Shown piece after piece: positions 54,399 through 64,000 of a stretch of DNA of 64,000 nucleotides. The position numbers and the translations under genes were made by a program. Position 1 is the first letter of the stretch, and each line of letters opens with the position of its first letter. The DNA is from Chrysomallon squamiferum (taxonomy: Eukaryota > Animalia > Mollusca). Under the pieces are notes generated by a model. It ran no database searches and was not told where the DNA came from. It saw only the letters and a program-made list of their open reading frames with translations. The stretch covers positions 14,694,001 to 14,758,000 of the forward strand of contig CM022665.1 in assembly GCA_012295275.1 (NCBI GenBank), read 5' to 3'.

Positions 54399-54693
54399 CA
54401 GGTACCAAATCATTTATCCGGCAAATATGGGACAGGAGATTATCCGGATTCTCAGTTTTCCGGTTTTCAGGACCAAGTCTTAATATTTACTTAAAATATA
54501 AAATAAACTATGAAAAGTCAAGAATGAAATTGTATTTAACAAATCTGAGTTTTTAAAATGTTATTATTATTATAATTTTTTGTTGTTATTCTTGGGTTTA
54601 TTATTTGGTAATGTATTTCTTTTCTTTTCTTTTCTTTTCTTTTCTTTTTCAACGACCAGTTTTCTGGAACCCGGGTAAATGATCTGGTGCCGG
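54399..54693. mobile_element. Tc1/mariner-pogo superfamily MITE (~295 bp)
   Basis: TA-flanked 23-bp TIRs CAGGTACCAAATCATTTATCCGG / CCGGGTAAATGATCTGGTGCCGG (19/23 match); subterminal TCCGG repeats; AT-rich interior. Confidence 0.8.
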
Positions 54694-56435
54694 TATTAAC
54701 ATATGTATAATGTAATAATAATTATAATAATAGTATCAAACATGGTAAGCTGTTACATGAGCTATTTGTATTTCACATTGTTTATCAGTTTAAATATTTT
54801 GTGTTTCTTCATAAATAAAACCATTTCAGTTCACTGTATTCTGATTAGGGTTCAAGCACATAATCAAGGACCTGTTTTCAAAAATGCTCATCCTGAGAGT
54901 ATTAGTTTTCGTATTTACCATGAATATATCAATACACACTAATACGCACATAATCCACAGAAATACACATACACGCACACACACATCACACATACATACA
55001 TACATACATACATACATGCATTCATGCACACACACAATCATAAATCCCAGAGGCCTCAACAAGAACTTCAATAGATACAAATAACAGCCACAAACTTTTT
55101 CACATTAATTTTAAATGCAGAAAGAGAAAGAAAAAAAGAAGCAAACATGTACAAATTTTTCATCAGTAAGTTTATTCGGTACATGTTTCAGCATCCTCCG
55201 GTTCCTGCAGTTTATCTTCAAGTTGATCTGAGCCGATTTCATCTTGGAAGTAAAAATGCCCGCCGTTAGGATCCGTGAATGCCAAAACTGAACATTGTAA
55301 CAGGCACGCTGTCAATCAACGATCAAGTCTGTTTTGTATAATGGAACGCGACAATTCTTTCAGTACCAGTAAGCAATTCTAACTAGATACTGTATCATGT
55401 TACTAATAACAGTGGTAGTGGTGGTTGTGGTGGTAGTAGTAGTACTATTAGTAGTAAGAAGAAGAAGAAGAGGGATAACAACAACAACAGCAAAAACAAC
55501 AACAACCAAGTAAGTTAGTTTGAAAAAAGTTTACAAAAGATGTTAAAAACTCAAGCTTCCTATATTATATATGAAATATTTTCTGTATTTATATTCTTCC
55601 AGGATTTATTCTGAAATAAAGCATTTTTATTATTTAGATGTTTTCGTCATCATCATCATCATCATCATCATCATCAACATCATTGTAAATAATATATTTT
55701 ATTTATTTTCTGCATGTATGTTGTTTTTTTGTGGGTTTTTTTTGTGTGTGTGAGAAAGGCAGTTATAATATGAAACACGAACATATCATTTTCTGCACTA
55801 AATTTATGCTTTTGTATGTTGTGTATCATTTTGAACACTATATCTACATATTTGATTCTCTTCATAATTATGTCGCAACAAAATGCTTAGATTTTTCTGT
55901 GTTTAGTGATTATCTTGCATGTAAATGCACGTCGTAACGTCCCATATAGCATGGTTCCAGCGTGGGTTAGACGGAGGGCGAAAATCGTATGCTCCAGTTC
56001 TCAGTAACGGCATCGGGTTTCACAACGAAAAGGTTCTCGGGTTTACAAGCCATTTTACCTGTCTGTCAAATTTACTCTAATATACAGCGGCATATCCACA
56101 TAGAGAGCAACAAAAAAAGAAAAAAAAAAAAATGTTCTCGGTTTTTTTTTTGGTTTTTTTTTCTTGTTCTTTAGTTTCTATTTCCTTCTGTTTCCGTAAC
56201 GGAGAAAATTTTAATATATTTTTTTTACATCTATGTAATATTTTAACTGGTTGTTTACTTCAAACTACGACGTGTTAAAGGATAAAAAAAAATTAAAATT
56301 AAAGTAGATGCACAATTTTTTATTTCAAAGATAGCTGAAAATATTTTTCATTGTCGTTCTTTACTGTATCAAGTAAAATTATACGAGACCATTGTAAAGA
56401 CCATTCTAATTCAAGACGTATGTGTGTGTGTGAAG

Positions 56436-56483
<48 letters not shown>

Positions 56484-57209
56484 TTCTTCTTCTTTTCTGG
56501 ATATGATGCAAACCATCGATCTAAAATTCTTTTTGGAATATTTATATGAAACACTCAAGTAACAAAAGTAACGACATCTTAAAATCAAAGACTGGATCCA
56601 CACTTTCACACAACTTCCAGAAAGGTGCTCTCTAGACTATTGCAGCTGTAAGTCTGGATTCCACTTTTTATTTCCTCTCTTCGTTTTATGCTGATAGCAA
56701 CGGTAAAACTAACAATTACTGTTACCCAGAAAACGTGATCCCGTCCTCACTATGTTAATCAGCAAACAACTATATACAACCACTGCCGACATGGACAATT
56801 AAATTTTATGTTTCGCTTGCATGTTGTTCGGGCCACTATCCTTGTTTTCTTCACTGAAGAAGACAAAGCTACCGCGGTGCTCTTGTTCTTGGGGCGTCAG
56901 AGTTGGATAAGAAATAAGACGTAGATCAATGAGAGTGGATCGTCTAAACTTCGGACGTGTTTGCCAATCTGAAAGGCGGATATTAGCGATGAATCCGCCT
57001 CCTGTATTAATGTAATTAAGCGTGATTTACATCGGCAATTTTATGTAACAGTAATATGCGCCACTGATCAATTATTTATATCCTTCGGCAAGCGCTGCGA
57101 GTATTTTTTTCGTCCTTTAACCTCGCGTATATTTATCTGTTTGTTCCATAAATCAACCGCGCGCTGTGTTTTAATTAATAAACCACGTGTTCACAGTGCC
57201 TGCGATAAA

Positions 57210-57307
<98 letters not shown>

Positions 57308-57390
57308 TCTGTATTTTAACATACTGTGCGCCATCTTAAGAATACAGTCTACTGTGTTATTATTATTAAAAAAAAAATTCTTCTTTTGAC

Positions 57391-57540
57391 TTAAAAAGAT
57401 CCCTTGCTGTTGATTGGAAATCGCACGATGTTGCAGTTTCAACTCTGGTTATCTCTGAGGTCTTCAACCATGTACCTTAAAACCATATACACGGTGATTA
57501 AGTGTTGAGTGTGTCGTTAAATGAACATATGTATTTCTTT
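57391..57540 (+). mobile_element. 3' half of SINE, same family
   Basis: TAAAAAGATCCCTTGCTGTTGATTGGAAA..GGTCTTCAACCATGT..CCATATACACGG..AAGTGTTGAGTGTGTCGTTAAATGAACAT; reverse complement of the motifs at 25690 and 41468. Confidence 0.75.
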
Positions 57541-58192
57541 AACTTTAATCTGTAACTGACCTTTGCTGTTCTCTGACTCTTAAGACTGCTATGACAAGAT
57601 ATCATCCCGTAACCCGCAGTGCTAACAGTTCTGTGAATCGGTAAAATATTATAAGTCCAGCGTTTTAGAACATGATGGCCCGATATCCAAAGTTTTAATG
57701 GTGTTTTCTTTTACGACGAAAATGTTAGATCTGTTACACTAAACATATTACATCTTTGTTGCGATATACAAAGTAGAATCTAGAACTACCGCTCGATCCC
57801 CAGACCAGTCAGGCTCGAGTTCCACGAGGTGACCACTACTCCGTCGCTAATATTCAGCCAGATGTTCACTTCAGTTAAAGGCTACCGAAAACGATTTCAT
57901 GCTGTTTGGTTTCGAATTGTGTTTACTGAATGGGGAATTGTTTCATTTACAGAGCTACGCACGCATGGACAGTCCTGTAATTTTCTTTATTAGATTTAAG
58001 ATATTGGAGACTGATTAGAACAGAGAAGTCTCATAATCAAGTTGTTAGAAAGTATTTTTAAAACTGCAGATATTACTCATATCGTAGGAAGCTATTTAAA
58101 TCCAGGGTGTAGAACGACAGAACAACTGTAACAACAACAACAACAACTACATTATTACTACTATTTATTTATTTTAAATTTTATAATTATTA

Positions 58193-58228
<36 letters not shown>

Positions 58229-59437
58229 GCTTTTGTTTTTGTTTGTTTGTTTTCTTTTTCTGAAAACTTATTTACACACATCAGTTTATGCAAAATTTAC
58301 ATTATGTTAATCATGTTTATTTTAACTTTATATTTATTTACTGATGCCAGTGTTATTTATTAAACTAACAAATTGTGTTAATTTAATATATATATATATA
58401 TATATTTTTTTTTTGTATTTTTTTAAATTTTAATTTTAATTATTTTTATCCAGATATTGAAAGTGTTTGTCTAAGATGTACACGCTTGAACATTCAGTGG
58501 ATGCCAGTACGTTTTCATTGATTCACACTGAGCTATTTCACCAACTGATCACCACTACTGAGTAAGAAGTACAGATTATCATTTTCTTAACGGACTTAGT
58601 CCATTGGCCGCCATCTACGATAGTTATAGTACATTTACCGTATTTAAGTATAGTACATTTACAGTATTTATTGGAATAACTATAAAAATGTTCAGAATTC
58701 AGGTCGTATAGCCAGTCACGTGAGCTTTTAGCTAATCGGAAGACATTTTCTTCATATATCTGTTTTATTGACCACATACCCGTAACTAACCGCAATGTTC
58801 CCATCATTCCATTAACTTATATTTCTTTTGTTTTGTTTTATTCGCCTAATTACGTTCCAAACATTAAAATTAATGGGTCCTTTTTATTTTTAATTTTTTA
58901 TTGTTGACGGTAAAGAATTCAATTAAGAAGAACGAATATATTGATCATGTTTAATAATTTAAATCTCTACGTTTTTTTCACGTGTCCTGTAGCGATAAAT
59001 TTTCGTCTGACATACAGTCTACAGGATAATGAATGCGGGAATCTAACACGTTCTGAAAACGCGGCAGAAATAGACGGAGAGATGTCCCTTTCACATAAAA
59101 ACACCCACAGTGCGGGCGATTTAGTGCCATGCGTTCGAGGCTGCTTAGTGGTCTCTTATAGTTCTAAGGTCATATACAGATTCCAGTCAGAGGTAAATAA
59201 CACATCAACATATTTATTTCTAAATTTATACAACAAACGTACGTACGTACCTACATACACACACACACACACACACACATACATACATATATACATACAT
59301 ACATGCATAGATACATACATATATGCATACATACATACATTCATACATACATACATATATACATACATACATACATACATATATACATAACAGTATACAC
59401 ACAAACTTTCTTTCATAATACCATTTATTATTTTTCA

Positions 59438-59473
<36 letters not shown>

Positions 59474-59628
59474 CACACACAAAGAAAAAACGGTTAAAAT
59501 TACGACAAACCTCGCCTTTGTTCTATAATCTATTAGCTTTATTATTATTCCTAACGATAAACTTTAACACAACACAACACCTTGTCAGTCGATTAGATTT
59601 ATTGTATTTATAGTATAGTATTATATAT

Positions 59629-59661
<33 letters not shown>

Positions 59662-60121
59662 TATTAAAAAAGAAACAAAGAAAAGAAATAGGAAAAACTA
59701 ACAAGCAAAAAAAAAAAAAAAAATCTTTGTTTATTTATTTAGGTTAGCATTTGAAAGATTCCTCAGATGTGACAGCAGTACTATACTTCAAGTAGAGGTA
59801 CATGTGCGTGTGTTTGTGTATGTGTGTTTTCGTGTGTGTGTTTGTATATATGTATGTACATGTGTATGTATATGTGTATGCATGTGTATATTTATGTGTT
59901 TGTGAGTATTTAGAACTGAATACTCTCTGTCTTATGTACGTCTGGTTAGACTCTGCATGCAGACAATATTTAGGTTAGCACTGGCACAAGAGGACGAAGT
60001 CCAGTCACGACCTCACAAACGTCACATGCCGCTGACAAGACTCGAACGTGTGGAACACATTCGCCCGCACTCCGCACTCAGTTCATATATATACACACAC
60101 CTTATCACATGCGCAAATATA

Positions 60122-60356
60122 CAGGGTGTCCATAAAGTCTGGGTACTTGGGGAATTTTACTATGTTATTGATTTATGTTATTTTTCTTACCCAGATCGAA
60201 TGATGGCTCTGTCTAAAGAAGAAAGAATCGAGTTGGTACTCTTAAGTGGACGAGAAGGATGGTCTTATCGCAAAGTTGCAGAAGAATTCAACCTTAGACA
60301 CCCTAATAGACAACCTATTTATTTTACTTATGTACCCAGACTTTGTGGACATCCTG
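60122..60356 (+). mobile_element. Internally deleted Tc1/mariner transposon (235 bp) retaining the transposase N-terminal HTH
   Basis: TA TSD on both sides; 25-bp TIRs CAGGGTGTCCATAAAGTCTGGGTAC / GTACCCAGACTTTGTGGACATCCTG (23/25). From 60200 encodes MMALSKEERIELVLLSGREGWSYRKVAEEFNLRHPNRQPI, a typical transposase HTH (DUF4817-like). Confidence 0.9.
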
Positions 60357-61484
60357 TATAATTCATTTAGACATGTATTTTATTTATTTATTTATTTTTA
60401 GGTCAAGAATTATTAATTTATTATATTTATTTCGTTTGTTTGTTTGTTTGTTTGTTTGTTTGTTAGTTTTAGTTAGTTAGTTATTTTGTTTTATTATTAT
60501 TATTTTTTTTTTTTTTCATTTTATGTTTAACCAGTAATGTATTCATTATCTGTTTTAACTATAAAAATGTGAACTGCATTCATACTAGTGTTTTTACGAT
60601 GTTTTTTCTTTTACGGATATAACGACTGTCGGCGGAGTTCATTCCGTTGCATTGCGGCCATCAGCGGGATTTTGTAAGACCCTGTTTGGTGTTGCTTATT
60701 TACCAGTTTTAGAAGATAAATACAAATATCGAAAATGAAAAAAAAAAAAAAAAAAAAAAAATTAAAAAATCATATAAATTTAAAAAAAAAAAAAAAAAAA
60801 ATGATAGTAGCAAAGAAAGTTATAATAATAATAAAAAATATTAGAAAGCATCTGTATAGTTTCAACGCAATAAGTAAATTATGGGACATTGTGTGATTTT
60901 TTAAATATACAAATAAGTTTTGGCTTGAGAACCCATTTTGGGCCTCAACAAAAGTGTCATAAAATTTAACTTGTGTCAATCGATAGACATTGAATCACAG
61001 TGTGAAACAGACGAGTTCAGCGCGACATTGCAAAGGTTACAAATATTGTACTTAAATTACAAAAGAATTAAAATTTGGAGTAAAGGGGAAAAAAACAAAT
61101 TAGAAATCACAAAAGAGAAAGTTTTACAGTTAAAAAAAAAAATAAAAAAAAATAAAAGTGATAAACAACACAGAAATGAATAAAATCAAACCACATAAAC
61201 AATATTACAACTCTCCCTCTCATTCTTTCTCTAACTATTTCACTATCTCATTCTTTTTCATTATTTCTCTCATTCATTCATTCATTATCTCCCTCTTTCA
61301 CTCACTCTCACACTCTCATTCTTTCAATCTCTCTCACACTTTCTCTCACTCTCTTCCATACTCTCATTCTCTTACTCTCTGTGTGTGTGTGTGTCTGTCT
61401 CTGTCTCTCTGATGCACTGCTGTCGATCACAATAATCTGTATTTAAAAATAATCCTATCACACTAAATATTTTAAATCGATTTA

Positions 61485-61517
61485 CAGAGGTGACCGTTAT
61501 ACACAGGTTTCACTGTA
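61485..61517. mobile_element. Solo terminal fragment of a pogo/mariner-like MITE
   Basis: CAGAGGTGACCGTTATACACAGGTTTCACTGTA resembles a TA-CAGTGAAACCTGT.. TIR; no partner TIR seen. Confidence 0.4.
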
Positions 61518-61952
61518 TACGAAGTAGTGTGAAAATAGGTTCGCAATAACGTTTCTCGTCAGAGACATAAAACCGCATCTCATTAAACAACGTCATTATG
61601 GGTAATATAAAGAAATAAATCGCGACACTGTTGTGAATGCAGTCCCCTTTTGGTGATTTATTGCGGGTCATGGCGGCTTGCTGGTGCATGCGTTGAATAC
61701 GATGTACAGAGCACGGCTCCAGTTTCTACAGCCTCTTTATTTATTATAGGCTAAATTCGCTTCATTTCGATGATGCTCAAAACAAAATGAAATGCACTGA
61801 TAAAATATTTATCACGAAGCCATTTATGACTAGGGAAAGTTATTTTTGTTTTGTTGTTGTCGATGTTGGTTTTTTTTTTTTCCCCTTGCAATTTTAAAAA
61901 TTTATTTTTTATTTATATTATTCAGTCCTTTTTTATTATTATTATTATTATT

Positions 61953-62039
<87 letters not shown>

Positions 62040-62323
62040 GTTGTTGTTATTATTATTATTATTATTACTGTTGTTGGTGGTGGTGGTGGTGCTGGTGCTA
62101 CTCTTTTTCTGTCTTTAATTTCACGATCTGTTGTCATCTCGTTTGTTTTTATTTCTAGACAGAAGACTAATGTTGTGGCATCTCTAACGTTACAGATATG
62201 TACCGTTATATCCCATTCAGGAAGTGACGTGTGGCTTGTAAAATTAGAACATTCTGTAATGATTAAAATTCTATCTAGCTTTTCGGTATCATACCACTAA
62301 TACTTTCTTACAAAATGTCCCTA

Positions 62324-62446
<123 letters not shown>

Positions 62447-62715
62447 GCTCATTCTATTCACACACACAATAATAAAAATAAAAAATAAAAATTACGTCAG
62501 AAATTTACAACAACCTTGGACATACTGGAGCGTCTCACTTTCACGTAGTCTAAGTTTGTTCAAGAGACACGGGACACTGAAGCAAATATAAAAAGACAGT
62601 TGACATTTCTCCCATTAACAGACTGAAAGGTTAGCTCCAGATTGATTAAATAGATCTAGAACAGCTCGTATTTACCACATTGGTGCCATACTTGTCGCGT
62701 CTAACTAACACAGTT

Positions 62716-62749
<34 letters not shown>

Positions 62750-63130
62750 AGCAGTCTTGTTCTATAGTAGCATTCTTGGGAATTTTTTGTTTTGTTCAAT
62801 ACTGATAGAAAGTTTTTATTATTTGCTAATTTTATTTTTTTGCAACACTGGCTGAAAGTTTTTGTTATTTGTTAATCTCTGTTTCCTTCAAGGTTGTATG
62901 TTGAAGTTTTTTGTTTTAACTGTAATGTAATCCATCTGCCACGTGCAGTTCAAACTATTCACGTATCAGACGTTACAAACATGAACAGTGCTAATGTATT
63001 AAGTTTGGTTTTCCTCAAGATTTATGGAACGTTTTAGTTATTTGTTAGTTTTGTTTTTCTTCAGGACTGAAAGAAAGTTTTTGTTATTTGTTGTTTTCTT
63101 CAAGAGTGAAGGAAAAATTTTGTTATTTGT

Positions 63131-64000
63131 TACTACTACCACCACCACCACCACTACTACTACTACTTCTAATACTACTACCACCACCACCACACTACTA
63201 CCGATTCTACTACTACCACCACCACCACTACTACTACTTCTAATACTGCTACCACCACCACTACTGATTCTACTACCACCACCACCACTACTACTACTAA
63301 TACTACTACCACCACTACTACTGATTCTACTACTACCACCGCCACCACTACTACTACTACTTCTAATACTACTACCACCACCACTACTACTGATTCTACT
63401 ACCACCACCACCACCACCACTACTACTTCTAATACTACCACCACCACCACTACTACTACTTCTAATACTACTACCACCACTACTACTGATTCTACTACCA
63501 CCACCACCACCACTACTACTTCTAATACTACCACCACCACTACTACTACTACTTCTAATACTACTACCACCACTACTACTGATTCTACTACCACCACCAC
63601 CACCACCACTACTACTTCTAATACCACCACCACCACTACTACTACTACTTCTAATACTACTACCACCACTACTACTGATTCTACTACCACCACCACCACC
63701 ACCACTACTACTTCTAATACTACCACCACCACTACTACTACTACTTCTAATACTACTACCACCACTACTACTGATTCTACTACCACCACCACCACCACTA
63801 CTACTTCTAATACTACCACCACCACTACTACTACTACTTCTAATACTACTACCACCACTACTACTGATTCTACTACCACCACCACCACCACTACTACTTC
63901 TAATACTACTACTACCACCACCACACTACTACTGATTCTAATACTACTACCACCACTACTACTGATTCTAATACTACTACCACCACCACCACTACTACTA
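63131..64000. repeat. Higher-order compound trinucleotide satellite (CTA/CCA punctuated by CTTCTAATA and CTGATTCTA)
   Basis: Regular super-period of roughly 90-100 bp with two CTTCTAATA and one CTGATTCTA marker; runs off the window end. Confidence 0.9.

Noticed and set aside
58941-59390. 149-aa ORF and other microsatellite-spanning ORFs (e.g. 40404, 44156, 46749, 51330, 61851)
   Set aside because: Their length comes from stop-free simple repeats; no recognisable domains.
63024-63935. 303-aa Leu/Pro ORF and 248-aa antisense poly-Val ORF
   Set aside because: Products of the CTA/CCA satellite. The frame changes at repeat slips, and there is no domain or supported exon structure.

Overview
AT-rich, microsatellite-dense animal genomic DNA, probably a gastropod mollusc (inferred from its tRNA-derived SINE family). 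The only protein-coding gene I can support is the 5' half of a TMEM135 orthologue on the minus strand. It has five coding exons (39542-39688, 37569-37696, 33450-33542, 23141-23174, 15136-15201), all with GT-AG sites, that splice in frame to 156 aa; exon 6 onward lies beyond the left edge. Almost all ORFs in the supplied track are low-complexity or chance ORFs. The window splits sharply near 39.15 kb: the TMEM135 gene body is strongly CpG-depleted with a few CpG-retaining intronic islands, while the ~24 kb upstream region keeps its CpGs, has no recognisable gene and contains many complex non-coding blocks. It also holds decayed SINE copies, several MITEs (one closely resembling mammalian Tigger4/MER46, one retaining the transposase N-terminus), old minisatellites and a perfect 36-bp inverted repeat. 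I see no prokaryote-type system (CRISPR etc.). The best leads are a possible TMEM135-bystander regulatory block (predicting a Frizzled-4-like neighbour) and the Tigger4-like element.
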